Numbered from the stretch's first letter, positions 12,206 through 27,212 are shown. The stretch is 64,000 nucleotides of DNA from Tubiluchus corallicola (GCA_030141605.1 JAQGDQ010000042.1:372001-436000), one strand, 5' to 3'. Notes: generated by a model from the sequence alone, not told the origin. A program made the numbers and translations.

Positions 12206-15200
12206 ATGACTGAATCAAGACCCTTGCCTTCGTTACCAAGAAGCAGTTTGCCAGAAATTTCTAGTAATGATAATTATGCTACTTTTAAGATGTATCGTTA
12301 AGAGCAACATAGATTGTTAATACTGAACTAGCCCAAGATATCATAATATTCATAGCAGTGGAAGACTAGAATATAGGGTAGATTGCACTTCAGGTGGTTC
12401 TTTGCAGGCACTCTCACATCGCCTAAATGAGAAATATCGCTGAAAGCAGAGCTAGTACAATAGAAGATGCATCTTTATCTGCACACTGATGCAAAGGAAA
12501 GTTGAAACGTACCTCCTATTTATAAAAAAATAATTTTAGAAAACTTACTGTTAACGTCGCGAAACGGACTAAGATTGACTGATTTGATGAAATATTTTCA
12601 TTTGGGAGTTAGAAGAGAGCATTATTTTTATCTACTACTGTGTGCCACAGCCTAGAAAATCTCTTCACAACGCTTCATAAAAAAGAACCAAATTGTAAAC
12701 TTACTGAAAAGTTAAAAAGAGCTTAGGGCAAATTTTCTCAACGTGTGCCATTTTGCAGCGTCTGTGTGTGTCAGTAAGTGGCGTACTCTACCGGCATTGT
12801 TTCGTAACTTTTGTTTCTCTTTCGAAAAGTGAAAAAAGTGTCAAGTGTTTAGTGTTAAAACGAAACATCGATAAGCGGGGATTCGTTAAGCGAGGACTCT
12901 GTATTTATAATTTATTTAGTAATTTTTTATTTTGTGGTAATAAAAAAATAAATGTGCTATAATGTATTATGGTCTGTCCTGCAATAGTGTACTGTAGCTA
13001 GTTAGTGTTAATTTGCACTTGTTTAGATTGTTTTTCTTCTTCTAGTACTAGCAACTAAGTAGAACAACAGCAACTAGCAAGAACTACTAGCTACTTATAT
13101 TTAGTATTTAATAATTATTCGCAGTTAATTATTGCTTCTTAAAAAGAACAGTTAGTACTAGGGTGTATGATAAAATAACTTATTTACCATCTTTTCACAG
13201 GTACTTTGTATTTCTGTATTTAAAATACTGTGTTAACGAATGAAATTGAAATTTGAACGTCAACATTGGTGCTTTATAAACAAGCTACTTTAATCTAAAA
13301 TTAATTTATGCTGAAGTTCAACTAAATCCACTTTATCCAGTACTTCGTCCAAGTAAAACAGAAATATTCTCTATTACATTTCAATGCAGCAGTTTTAACT
13401 AAACAAAATTTTACATGTTTCAGGCAGAAGAAAACTGACTACGCCACTGCAAAGAGTAAAAGAAAAAAATGCAATGAAAGTCTCCAACCTCGGAGACCCC
13501 TCGAATCATTTATCTCAAGATCTGGTTTCAAGCAAAAAACCTAAAAAAAAGAAAAATTTTCAACCCAGTCAATCCAGAGATGTTGTTCAAAACACTGCAG
13601 ACCACTTGGGAAAAAATGATCAGGCAGCTGCAATTGAAGCAACACCAAAAATGGACAAATCCAAACTAGGACAAGTATAAATCAAATTATATTTAAATAT
13701 TTATTAATGAAAAATTTTATTTTTTATCTTAGCATTTATTGCACGTTGGTTTATTAGCCCTTAATGTGATTATAATATTAATTTGTAAGTTGTTACAATG
13801 AAGCATATTAATTTCTGGTGTCACAGAAGTATTTTTAATGCTGCTCACTATCATACAGTTCAATTCGAATTGCATTGCTAACATAAAATCAATTTGCAAA
13901 GTCCTGCACTATCATTTTGTGTCTTGATTTGCATTTTTTTTTTTTTTGGTCGATCAAGGAAAGCAAGAAAATCTGTATGTTTCTTTTGCAACTTTTGTGC
14001 AAAGTTTGTAGTTTATTGGGTGGATTTTTTAATTAGAGTGAAATTTTAGGTCAACTCGGCGTTCGATGAAGTAGAAAATGAAGGCGAAATTCAGAAACAG
14101 AAAAAGAAAAGAAGACGTGCAAAGAAAAGGTAAGCTAGTTGTGAGACACATTATTTTAATTTCTTTCATTCCAATAAGTCTCTTTTGCAGCATTCGTTGT
14201 TCAGGAACATTTTCACAATATTTCACAAACTAATATTAATATACATGTGATCTTGCAATACTGGGATTGAACAGATACTGTAAGGTAATGGGCCTAGTAG
14301 CAGGGGACAGGCCATTTTTGGTGCAGAAGAATTGGGTGTGGCCATTGGGCACTTGAGCACTGGCTCACTTAGCACAAGACATTTGTGTGTCAGCCGATGC
14401 ACATGGCTGGCTAGAATACATGCAAGAATACATTCTGTGTTAAGCTTCGAATCACGTTGCCTAGTAAGTAAAACTGTTGCGAGAAGTCACATCATTGTGC
14501 CTGATTACAAAAAACGAGACTACCATTACTAATTCCACGTAACTTTTAAGACATCTAAAATTTTTGCAAGGAATGAAATGATTATTTTTGTACATGTATC
14601 ACACATTTCGCAAAAGATATGGCAAAAATGCCCGCAATTATTACTAATCTTGATATTGATAACCGTACATCATTTGACTCATTAATTTATCAGGTTGTTT
14701 TTGAGTTGGCAGGTAGTAGTATAAACAACTAAACTTTAGTAAAACAACACATTCTCTGTTGGTTTGTTCTAACTAAAGCACACCAAGTGGTCAATGAATA
14801 TAGTATTACTGTGATAGTTGAATTGCTGCACATGCAAATTTTGTTTACCCACATCCATTTTAAATTGTATGTACGTATTGTATATAGTCTTTATTATAAT
14901 TTGTGTATAACATTGTAAGATATATTTTGTTTTAAATTTTTGGCACAGTAGTTTTTAGTTTCCCTGGATGCATTTGCCTTTAACAGTTGCATGAATTTTT
15001 ATTCTCATGCTGTAATATTCTTATATGCTTTTATGTTTATGAATATCGATTTTTTAATGGCAAATAAAGATTATTATATGTATATATATATATTATTATA
15101 TTATTACACAAAATTTTGGTGTGAACAGGTTTTTTGACGTACGTTTTTCTGTTATTTAGGTATTTTTATGATACACTAAATATTTTTGAAATAAGGTATT

Positions 15201-18200
15201 TTAATATAGTGCAAATGTAGTTTGCAATGTCTTCTGCTTCATTCATTTTAAAAACTACTGATAATACTGAAAGTGGAAAACCAGAAAGTACAGAGTCAGC
15301 TGACTGATTTTAACATTATAGATTATTGCAGATCCTTAATTTAGCAATGTGATGCTTCTTAAAAATATTGTGGGAGTTAGGTAAATAGGCTTAAGTCTTG
15401 AAAATTTATTAAACAAAAAATAAGGTATAACATTAAATTTTATTGCTGTCCAAATGTCACATGCCCAAATATCATGTACCCCTAATGGTGCAGGAGAAAA
15501 TATTAACACCAGTCCTTTAATCCCAACTTTTTATGGTGATGACTTAAGATCCTATCTTTTTTGCATTTGCATTCTGGACCCCTTTTTTCCGTAAGTATCT
15601 ACAAGACATGCTTTGAAGTTTTGGTGAATGTCTGTAAAATCGCTAATGCGCTAAACTACTAATGTGTGTAACACTTAGCACACTTGGACTCTGGAGCAAT
15701 AGCAAGTTCTCTGATTTACACAGTTAAATGCTGTTTCAGTTTCTGTCTTATTACATGACGGTATTATATTGTTTCTAATGTTACACCATTTTCTGTTTGT
15801 TTTGTTATGGTGGTGCAGTCGAAGCTCGTCAGCAATGGATTTTCCTCTTGATGCTTCTCTTGATATTGATGCAGATGATATTGTTAGTTCTGATGATAAC
15901 CACATTAAACCTACACCAATCAGCCAAGATGTTGGAACTGTGCAGAGCCAAGGACAAGGCAGACTTTTCGTGGAGCATGATAGTAAGTTGAAAAATGTTT
16001 TTTAATTTTTATATCATACTGGTAAATTTAAGGATTCCAAGTGTTACAGTTAACATAATTCTTCTTAATGGAGACGATACAGAGACAATCATTATAAAAT
16101 TGAACATTTGCAGGCTTGTAAAATGTCTTAAAATATTATTTTTAAGCTTATGTTTTATTCTTTCGATGTTCCCATTTTTAGAGGGTTTCAAGAGTCGAGC
16201 TTTTACTGACAGCATTCCACAGCAACTTGAGACTCAAACAAAGGAAGAATTTGCTTTGCCAACTAGCACGCCTACTGAGCTTGCAAATTCATTACAGAAA
16301 ATATTTAGAACATTTGCCATATTCTGTCATGGTTTGCTTGCTGGAATCGGCCTATTGCATTGTGTATTCATATACAATATGAATGTTTCTCAAACAAGGT
16401 ATAGTAAACTAATTCTATTAATTGCTTAGCTAGAGAGTTGAATTGTGCAGACTTCATACAAGTTTGAGTTACTGACTTGGTAAACTATATAACTTCTGAG
16501 TTACTGCTGCTATACAAGAAGTCAGGGTTCCATATTAGCATTAACAAACAGCATTTCTTTTGCAACTACATGATGTCATGTGAATCTCATTTCTGTTACT
16601 GAAGCTTTGCAACATTCTTTTTAAATAAAAATTAAATATTAACTTCCTTTGTACATTTTTATGATGTCCTGAAAAGATAACTTTCCTATGTAAATGCATC
16701 ACAGTGTCCTACTGGTTTAACATATTTACTGGATTTTTGCTAGGTCATATGAAGAGTTTATTGACATGTATAGTGGCTTGGCCATGCCTCTACAATGCCT
16801 TTTCTATACACTTCTAGTCATATGTACACTATCTGTTCTTGATAGGTAACTACATTTTCAATATAAATGTATTATTATTTATCTTCCTGCATGATATACA
16901 TTTATATATATACACATATAGTGTAATTAAGTGGAAACCAAAGCTGTAGCTGATGTTTCACATACTTTGCCAGTATTGGAATACCTCAAATCAAATCAAT
17001 TTATTTCACTCCAGCAATACATATACAATACATCAACTTGCAATATGATTGAAAAAACAGTATAGGTAAAAAAACATCAAATTCACCAAATAAAATAGTT
17101 GCTCTATAACACCTTGAAAGCTTGGCTTGTTAAGGTGGGTGGCACAAATCAGTGAATCTTATTCTGTGTCTGAAATAAATAATAAACTTCCATTAATAAC
17201 TAATTGGTCTAAAGCAAACAAATTGTCATTGAATCCAACTAAAACAAAATTCATTGTATTTCACTCTAAAAATAAAAGGCTCCCGAATGACATTAACCTA
17301 TACATTGAAGGCAGGCAATCGAAAGAGTTCCAAATATAAGATTCTTAGGTGTTGTAATTAATGAAAATCTTGACTGGGAACATATCAATTCTATCAGTTT
17401 AAAAATTGTGAAGAATCTGGGAATAATTAATTTTATTTAAAATAAATTACGCAAATCTCATCTTATAACACTGTATAATTCATTGGCATTACCATACCTA
17501 ACTTATTGCTGCATTATATGGGGTACATCTTATCCATCCAATTTAATAAGTTGATCTAGGCATCAAAGAAAGTTTATAAGAATACTAAACAATTTATCTA
17601 AACGTACCACTGTTGGTATGCCCTTATTTAATGAATGTGGTATATTAATTCTCGAAGACGTGATTATATATCACTTGTCTATTTATATGTACAAGACATA
17701 CTACAACTTGTTTCCCACTTCCTTTACAAATCCATTTACAGCAAATCCTAAATATCACTTTACAAAGTTCAATGGATATCATGTCCCTTACTGTCATTCT
17801 AATAGTGCCAGGCACTTTATTAAATTCACAACCCCCAACAAATGAAATAAAATAAGTGCCCATGTAAAAATACACAATACTATTTATAGTTTCAAAAAGT
17901 ACTTGAAAAGAACCATTCTTGATTTATACTTTTAATACAATTTTGATGCTTCCGTGACACAGGCAGTCGCAATGTACGGCCTCCCATCAATTACAATACT
18001 ATTTTAATATAGCTCTATGTAAAATTAAACATACACTGTGATCGTTTCCTCTCCTCCCTTCCTTCTTCCTATCCCAAATCTTACTATTTTTTTCCATTCC
18101 ATCATTGTAAATCAAAAAATAATGTGGTGTCATCTGCAAATTGAAATAGGTTATTGTTGGTTAAGACATTGTACAGGTCATTGATATATATTAAAAATAA

Positions 18201-21200
18201 TAGAGGGCCAAGAATGGAGCCTTGTGGTACACCACACTTCATGGATTGAGGGCTGGATAGACGATTATTGCATCTAGCTATTTGGCTTCTTACAGAAAGA
18301 TAATTATTAAACCGTTCATTCGGAATTCCTCGTGTACCATAGTGAGAAAGTTTTTCAAATAGTATGTCATGGTCAATGGTGTCGAAGGTTTTAGACTAGT
18401 CGCAGAAAATGCCAACAGAGATTGAAATGTTTTCGATAGTACTAACAATTTGTTCACAGACCTTAATTAAAGTCAGCTTAGTGGATAGGCCTGATCTGAA
18501 TCCAAATTGGCCTGTTGTTAAGTATGTTATTTTTGATTAAATATTTGTATAAGTGATTGTTAACACATCTTTCGAGTATCTTAGAAAAAAGGGTTGCAGA
18601 TATATTGGTCTGTAGTTATTTAAGTTTGTGTTGTCGCCAGTTTTATGCAGTGGTACTATAATAGCTTGTTTCATCTTGATGGGAACAGTACCACTACTAA
18701 GAGATTTATTTAAAATATGAGTTATAGGTATTGATGTTTGAGGAAATATATCTGCGATTATTCTGGGTACGTAGTTCTCGATCCCGGGACTCTTATTGAC
18801 GTTTATCGAATGGCATATATTAAGAATGTCTTGAGGACTAACTGGCTTAAAAAAGAACGAATTGGGGTAGTTACCTTTTAAGTGTTCTCTAAAATGATGA
18901 TTTGACATGTTAACATTCTCTGCAAGTGATGGTCCAACATTGGCAAAATACTCATTAAATTTAACAGCAATTAATTTGTTATTTGTTTCGTTTATTTGTT
19001 ATTTATTTATTTAATTTGATTTTGCATTTTGCCTTTATTGCCTTCACAGTTGTCCATGTCATTTTTATATTGTTTTTATACATTTCTAATTTAAGCTTAT
19101 AATAGTTATCTCTAGACGTTATAACAAGACTGTTTAATTTGTTACGATATTCCTTGTATTGATTTAAGAATGTAGGATCATTGTTTTTTAGTGTTGCTCT
19201 GTACATTTTATTTTTGTTTCTAATCAAATTTAATAATCCAACAGATATCCAGGGTTTTTTATTATGGTTAAGATTGATTTGTGGGCGTTTCTCTCTTATA
19301 TGCGAGCTGTAAATATTATTAAATTTATCGGAAAAAAATTTCTGTGGCTAAATTACGGTCTGGCTCTAACAGAACGTAGTCCCAATTAGTGCTAGATAAC
19401 TCGTTTCTAAGCGCTGTTTTGATTACAGAAAGTCTTTTGCATAGGAGATGGTAGGTTAAAATCAGTGGTTGTAAAAATAGGATAGTGGTCAGTGATACCT
19501 GTAAGCAGTATACCAGGTTTGTGATGGTACTGAATGACGTTGGTGAAAATGTTGTCGATAATTGTGGCTGAATAGTTAGTAATTCTTGTAGGACGTGTTA
19601 TTGTTGGGAATGTAGAATTGGTAAACATTTAATCTAGAAAGTATTTAGTATCATTGTGGGTTTGATGATTAATCAAATTAATATTATAATCGCCCGTGAC
19701 GTATAAGTGTTTCCGTTAGTTACTGACTTTGGATATTATGCCAGAGATTTTATCTGTAAACTGTTAAGGACATTCACTTGGAGGACAATAAATTGAGCCG
19801 ATAACAATGTTCTTATCCTGATTGCATAATATCTCAACAAAAATGGCTTCAATATCATTGTCAGAATGAATTAGATCATTACGGACAATAAATGGTAAAT
19901 CCTGTCTAACTAACAATGCAACACCACCACCACCTTTATCTATTGTCCTATTAATAAATGAAGACGTGTAACCAGGTAAATTAGTCAAGGAACCAGTGTT
20001 ATCCATGAGCCAAGTTTCAGGCAGGGCAATCATGGAAAAATTTGTGCTTGACATCTGTAGATAAGTGAGAAAATGATCAAAATTTGCATTTATGCTTCTA
20101 ATATTTGAATATATGATTGATAAAGGGTTGTTGTCTGGCATATTGTAATTATTACGAAAGATTGAATTGAATTGGTTGATATCATAATATTTACTACCAT
20201 TTGGAAGGTTCATGCTGTTAAAGAAATTTGTATCGGGGTTGACTGTCTAGGTATTCAGTATTATGATTGATTAGGTTGCTGTTATCATCAAATATTGTTA
20301 CTACATTAACATAGGGGTTAACTAAGGTTTAACTGCAAGCTAAAAGCCGAACAGTTAAGTGGTTCTTTCAAAGCAATGACTTGTGAACATCCAAGTACAG
20401 AAAACTATAGTGGGAAGGCCAATGCAGGCTTTAAGAACTGGTCAGACCAGTTTATTTATTAGTATGAATGTACATCATGGAAAATTCACATGAAATGACC
20501 ATGGGCCTAATTGTATTTTACAGTGCTACTTACATTATACAATTAGGTAGAGTAATACAATAATGTAAGGGACGTATTACATATGGACACGCCAATCTAA
20601 ATAACAGGTTAGCGATTCTCAAAAATAAAGGAAGCAGATGTTAGCTGTTATATACAGGTCTTGAATTTGACTAGATTATTAAACTGTTCAAACAAATGAC
20701 GCTAAGAACGCCTGCTTATGATGTAATTCACCACCCATATACAAAAAAAGTAAGGCTTCTCTGCAGACCACATACCTGGCTAATGTGGTACATTGATATG
20801 CTAAAATTATAGTTCACAAGATTACATAAGGATAACGTAGAAGCGCATTACAACCCTAGTTATAATCTTATTATATGCATTACATGATAATAATAATGAG
20901 AATATTAAGTGAAGAAAAAATAATAGAAAAAGAAAAAATGATTTAAGCTAAAACAATATTGCTATGACAAAATCTGCACTAGTTGACAATTATTTTCTCA
21001 CTTTTATTATACATATGTCTTGAGAAGTTCTTAGGAGAATTGGATGTTCTTTGTCGATGCTGAGCATGATATCTCTTTCAGTTGCATAGGTGTTCCATTC
21101 GTCTTTTCCTTCGCAAAGTTTAATTGCTTCTTCTAGGATTTTCTTGTTCACCTTGGTGAGAAATAATGAGATGCTGTACTTGACTCCATCTGGATTAGAT

Positions 21201-23918
21201 TGACCTTTCAATTTCTTTTTGGCATTGAACACAGTGCTTTTCTTTTCAGTCTTGGAGAAAACAGCAATTATGGGTACTGGTTTCTGCTTTTGGTTAGCAC
21301 ACACTAGTCCCATTCGATGAGCAGTTAATATATCATTGCGATGTATTTCCACTTGCATATACTTTGCAACGAGCTCAAGTACCTTAGAAATACAATCCTC
21401 TTTGCCTCTATTACTGGGCTCAGGAATACCGTAGAAAAGTAATATGCTGCAGCAACTATATGTGAGTTAGAGTTTCAATCAAAGCGTCTTGTGCCATTCT
21501 GTCGACTTTTTCAGTACTAGTCTCAGTACTAGTAATAAACTTTTTTCGAGTACATCGACTCGATAGTCTAGCTAACTTCTTGATGCCTGCTCGCAATGGT
21601 TTTAACTTATCGTCGAACTCGGCAGACAATTTTCCCAATTTGTCGTCTAATTTATTAAGCAGCGCCTGCATCCATTCAGGATCTGAAGACATACTGCTTG
21701 TTCTAATTGGTGACATTCATAAAGCAGCAAACGTATGATGGATCTATCTTACTTGTAAGTCATCAACAGCTACACCATATTATTATACCATGATACCATA
21801 TAAACGAAGATGGCCTATGATTAATCATTGGTATTATCTATATATTTTAAGAGGCACATTGTTTTTCACAAAAAATATCTGTTGAAAATATCAAGTGTTT
21901 TATGTTGGATTCAAATGCTAATTAAATCACATTACTATATTATAATCAGTTGCCAAATATTACCATTCTCCACACACAAGAAATTAGTTTGTTAAGCGGA
22001 TTAGGGCTAAAGTTAGGGTGGTTAGGGTTAGAGCAAGGGTTTTTAAATTGTGTGGGAATAGTAAACTCCTTCCTTCTCATCATATTGTACAGTGATCATA
22101 GAAAACTACAACTATAACCAAAAAGAGTTTAACAGTAACATATAATAAGGGAATGGCTTAATTTGCAATGTTTCATTTCCCTGTCCCCTGTCAATGCAAT
22201 TGGTTTTAATACTAATATCTACAGAAACAAATGTGTCACATTTTAAACTGCTTGAACAAAAAATGTTTGGACATTTAAATCAAACCTACTCAATCATCAC
22301 AGAAATTGCAATTTTAAATAGTTTAATTAATAGTGATTTACATATCAGGCATCACATATGTGGAGATGGAGTAACAGCTTTTATCTTTAAATCTTTTAAT
22401 TTTGTCACACACAAATATTGGACAGCACTATTACTACATTTCTTTATATGGAACGATACGAACTAAAGATTATAATCTTATCTTATTGTTGAAAAATGCT
22501 TGATCATAGGTAAATTGGTTTTGATTAAACTTCTTTTTTTCATTTTAGAGCATACTTTCTTGTTGCTTTAACAAAACATTATGATTTATTAATGTTTTTT
22601 CTGAAAAATGCTTGGTTGTTATATGCACCTTTAACTATTTATGAATTCCACAGTATAAGCATCAACTGTAGAATGCTAAATGATGAAAATAACTAAGTTA
22701 ATTGTATATATTTTTTATCCTTAGGTATGATGTTTCACATGTAGATGGCAGGTTTTTTCATCGTTGTATAACAATGCAGTCAGTTGCCATTGCTATTGTT
22801 ATCTATGTAGCAGCTTTAGCATTTTCAGTTTCCATTGTCAATACTGATGACAGGCTTGGTCTTTATAGATTCAATGTAACTTACTGGGAAGATCCATCTG
22901 TAAGTTTAAATTTTTCATATTTTTTCTTGCATGGCAACGATTATTCACTTATATGTAGCAAACTGTCAAAGTACTTTTTAATTAACTAACTTAAAATTAA
23001 TATGCTGACATCTGTCAGCAGTTTACTTTCTGAGCTATGTTACGGTTAGTCGCAATGCCTAGAAGCGGTGGAAAAAGAAATCCTAATATTGAAACTACTA
23101 ATGCAGACATCATAGTAAATCACAGTCAGGTTTTAGGTTCTGTTAAGGTACAACATGGATGAGGAAGAAAATATAAGGGGATCACAGTGTCTCTTATTTA
23201 TTCCCAGCAAGAATAAATACCTTTGCTAATTATAAATACTTTTACAGTCAAAACTGTGTAATAATAATTGTTCATCAATTTTGTCTTACTGCCAAACATT
23301 GTGCCTAGAATTATACACCAGAATAAAGTATACTGCTCCAAATTAGTGCATCATCATCATCATATGCCCGGTACATATATCGTAGGCAGAATTCTAAAAT
23401 AAAGACAAGTAAACACAGTAGCAATCCAACAAAAAAACTAAGCACTGCTATTTCAGTGGCTTGTCAATTTCTATTTGCAGTCAATACAATAAGACTGTTA
23501 TATCAATAAATGAAAGTATGTGCATAATTTTAGTCAAGTTGGACAAAAACATTACTTTTGTTAGAACGAAATACTTTGCTTAAGTAACATTATTATCACC
23601 TTATTAAAAAGAAATCGTGTCAAAAGTAAATTAATTTTAATATTCATATTGCCCTTGAAATTGAGCCTTTACTTTATTTTTATATTTTAGCATTTTTCTA
23701 GACACTACTAATGCCAGTTTGTTTTATTTATCCAGGAAACGCAAACATTGCTAAATCAATGGAAAATTATAAGTCTTTGCCGATCAGTTATGGTGATTCT
23801 TGGATGGCTCCTAATATCTCTGCGACCAGGTACAGATGTACTAGCAAAGCGTATTGCTGCATTGGAACAATTCCGTACACAGGAGTCATTATCCGGGAAA
23901 CAAAATGGCTTCTTATGA
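12206..23918 (+). CDS. TMEM237: Transmembrane protein 237 (ciliary transition-zone protein), about 409 aa, 8 coding exons
   Basis: Exons 12206-12263, 13424-13674, 14050-14129, 15819-15982, 16182-16398, 16744-16845, 22725-22899, 23736-23918; all GT-AG and phase-consistent (1230 nt). Family motifs LFVE, FCHGLLAG, YSGLAMPLQCLFYTLLVICTLSVLDR, DDRLGLY and GWLLISLRPGTD, plus a Lys-rich N-terminus. The first exon is the least certain. Confidence 0.9.
16986..21750 (-). mobile_element. Near full-length, inactivated CR1/L2-clade LINE in TMEM237 intron 6 (antisense), with an internally inverted segment
   Basis: ORF1 remnants at 21716-20990 (coiled coil, FYGIPE, AHRMG..PIIAVF). Endonuclease at 20213-19400 (NIRSINANF, ETWL, GGGVAL, IDNIF, TDHYPI). 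RT at 18900-18110 (KSPG, PLHKTGD..NYRPI, GVPQGSILGPL, FADDT). The RT C-terminus lies on the + strand at 17145-17935. Minus-strand 3' tail AATAAA-(TTGAT)n at about 16986-17005. Multiple frameshifts and stops. Confidence 0.92.
21961..22063. repeat. Mini inverted-repeat element with a TTAGGG-like core
   Basis: taccattctccacacacaa ... ttgtgtgggaatagta inverted arms flank ttagggctaaagttagggtggttagggttagagcaagggtt. Confidence 0.55.
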
Positions 23919-25484
23919 CTATTAAATGTGTAATTACTGTGCTGATCCATCCAATGGTGTCCACTTGAGGATGTGGAGCCTTTTTGTACAATCAGTGTTT
24001 GATCATTAAATGATCCGTTTGCTGGTGTTTGTTCAGGATGATCTGTGAACATGGTATAATGTCTATCGCAACATGAAGGTTCCTTAACAGCATCTGCTGC
24101 AGCTGTGTCAACTATGTATACTATGTATGTACATGTGTAAAAGACTTGTAACAATTTTATTGCAAAATGTACAATGTTCACAGATTATAAACTTTTATGA
24201 CACATTATGATACCACTACAGTAGAAAACTTTCAACCTCTCCAAATGCTGTCTCAAGACCAACTGGAACTTGCATGCCTGGGAGAATAAAGCTCTAATCA
24301 CATGACCAGACATACAAGTTCCTATTGGAAGGTACATTAATTCATGCTAAGGTCACCTATACTCTACATGTTAAACCAAAATCAAATCTACATGGCTTGT
24401 TTCATAGCAGAATACATTAAGTTCACTAGTTGCTTCTCTTCCAAACTTTATCTAATTTTCAGTAGTCATGGAAACGAGAAGGTGAGGAGGCATATTGAGG
24501 CTGCAGCTAAAAAACATTGTAGAAAACTGACAATTAAATAGATTATATAATACCACAATCGCGTACAATAAGCGACAACATGTATGTATCTGACAATCTT
24601 ATCTACCAAGTAGCATCCTAGCTCACATTTAATCAGTCAGTTTAACAGGAAGTTGCTACAAGTTTTGCAGCAAAAATTAGTACATTTGGCCATGTTGTAA
24701 TCACATTCTGTAAACAATAGGTGGAACTCATTAGTTTATTGCTTTCTTGTATAAATCATCCTCATATACTTACTGAAAAAATGCATGTAAAATGAACGAA
24801 CCTAATTTAAAAGACTACTAAGATAAATTAAGTTAAAATATTTTTGTAGCGTTTCCTTCCTGTGACATCTTAGTTTAGAATAAAAGACATCTGCGCTCAA
24901 GTTTAATTAACTAATTCTTGATTTTTTGTAGCAGAACGGTAAATTTGTTATAAAAAATTTAGTACAAGTATTTTGTTTACTGTATTTGATTTATTTATTA
25001 ATTAATATTTCACAATAACTGAATCACAATATCAACCAGATTATTATTACAGTTTGTATCACTAGTTTACAATATCTGGCTTATTCAAACATAAAAATAC
25101 CAAAACATGGTACACATGATATTTACTGTACTTGAATTATTTACTGGTTACACATTAAGCGAATAGTAGTACTAATCAGTTTTGTTAAGATTTATATCTC
25201 CAATTTATTACAGCCACCTTTACATAATTTTTGCATCAGTATAGTTCATGTCACCTAGACTAATTTAGCAACAACTTCTACTACACAGCAGATGTTAACT
25301 TTATGTTGATTATGCCATCCCTACTTGAACATATTACGTTTTGACAAAATCACCTATACGGGATTGACCTAGATTTTAGATGTAGCTGCTATGTGCAGTG
25401 TTCTTGTCTCTACATAGCTTTTCTCCTTGTGTCAGATAAAAGTCAACAAATTCAGCTTAGCAAACTATACGGCTACTGAACTAT

Positions 25485-27169
25485 TCAGCTATATTTTTCC
25501 AAATCTCTGATGTTATTCCTGCTTCTGCTTCTCAGATTAAATCTATCTAGATGATCTTCAAGCAGTTTGTGTTCTGGGAATTTATGTAAACGCACTTCAT
25601 ATACCTCTTGGTGTTTCTTTAACTCTTTCTCTTCCAAGATTGGACTCTCTTCTTCCTGTTTCAAAGTATTAAAGAAATATAATATGAGATATCTAAAAGT
25701 ATTGATAAACTTCAATATATTCAATTTCCTATGAAGGCACTGCACATGCTTTAAAATGAAAGGGAGATTTTATGACAGGTCTTCTGAAATTTTTTGAATT
25801 AGAAAACTACTGAAAACAAAGTCTGTCGATCCATCTTTTTTCTAATTTAAATTAATGTGACCAATTTAATCAGAAACAAAACTCAACGGTGGGACTCGTA
25901 TAAATATTGTAACGATGTTGGGTCTTCGCTGCCAGGGGGTCTGATTGGTGACTCCCTAGTCAGTTTGTGCCCTTGTATTTCAGATGACAAGTGGTCCAGG
26001 TTCAATGCCAGGATGATGAAAAACTTTAGACAGACAGAGACTGTAGAAATAAATTGCCAAGTAAGCTTATCCTATGTGCCTCATGCTTGTTGTGTCCATG
26101 GAACAGGTGCCATGGTAGAAATACCTGTCTGTTTACCTGTTGAATGAACAACACCATTGCACGTCAGGGGTTTTATACCTGGTATGCAATGCTGATAAGC
26201 AATGGCTTCATAGTGGATCGAACCATACAAGATAGGAGTAGGGAATGAGAATAAATGACATTTTGTTGTCATTACAATACAACGCTGAAACGTTTCTCGC
26301 ATCTTATTTGTGCTACCATATGAACAAACTAATACAGTAATTGAAGATATTACTTGTAACGTAGCATTTCCGCTTAAGCACATCACAATGAATACACAAA
26401 CAATGCCTACTTTCCAGAATCCTCTACTTTTATATACAGCTGTTTACACGCCAATAATGAAACGGCCAAGGTACTCAGTTCTCTGTGTAGTCAGTTTCTC
26501 TGAGATACATAACATAAGGCTTAAGACAAACCTGTACATTCCATTGCAAGCTCAAGGAGGCATTAACTTTATTGTCAGGTTGATGACTTTACTTTTTTTC
26601 TTTATGTAAGTTTAACTTTCATCCATCATTTTACTACAAGTTTAAGAATTTTGGGTAAGCCTCTAAATGAAAGCATCTTTAATATTACATTTATATGAAT
26701 TGAAGAGCAACACCTTACCCCACTGCACAGGTAGAAGTTTTGAAATTATGGAATGGTGCATTAAAATAGAGTGAATCAGTATTTTATGCAACTCGCTTCT
26801 CGGTATTTATAAATAAATGAGGAGTAAGAGAAATTTTTAAAGGCTAATGAAATACCAATTATAAAAATCACTGCCCCACTGACCTCTGTAATATGAGGAG
26901 CACTTGTCAAGTACTTCATCACCTCTACTTCCTTCAAAATCTGTTTCAGCATATTTTGCTGCATACCTTCAGTGACTGGACGGAACTTTCGGTATTTTCT
27001 AGAAATGAAAACAAAAATTTTAGCAACGCAGTATAATTTTGCTAAGCATTTTATATAATATTTTATATCTGAATGTATAATTTTTTTGAGTGTGTGACAA
27101 CACAAACATAGACTGCTCATCAATTTTGGAAAATACACTGACTCATCATAATTTTATATATATAAAAAC

Positions 27170-27212
<43 letters not shown>

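Noticed and set aside
23916-23933. TGA-CTA readthrough context at the TMEM237 stop
   Set aside because: The motif is TGACTAT rather than TGACTAG, and an in-frame TAA follows after 4 codons.
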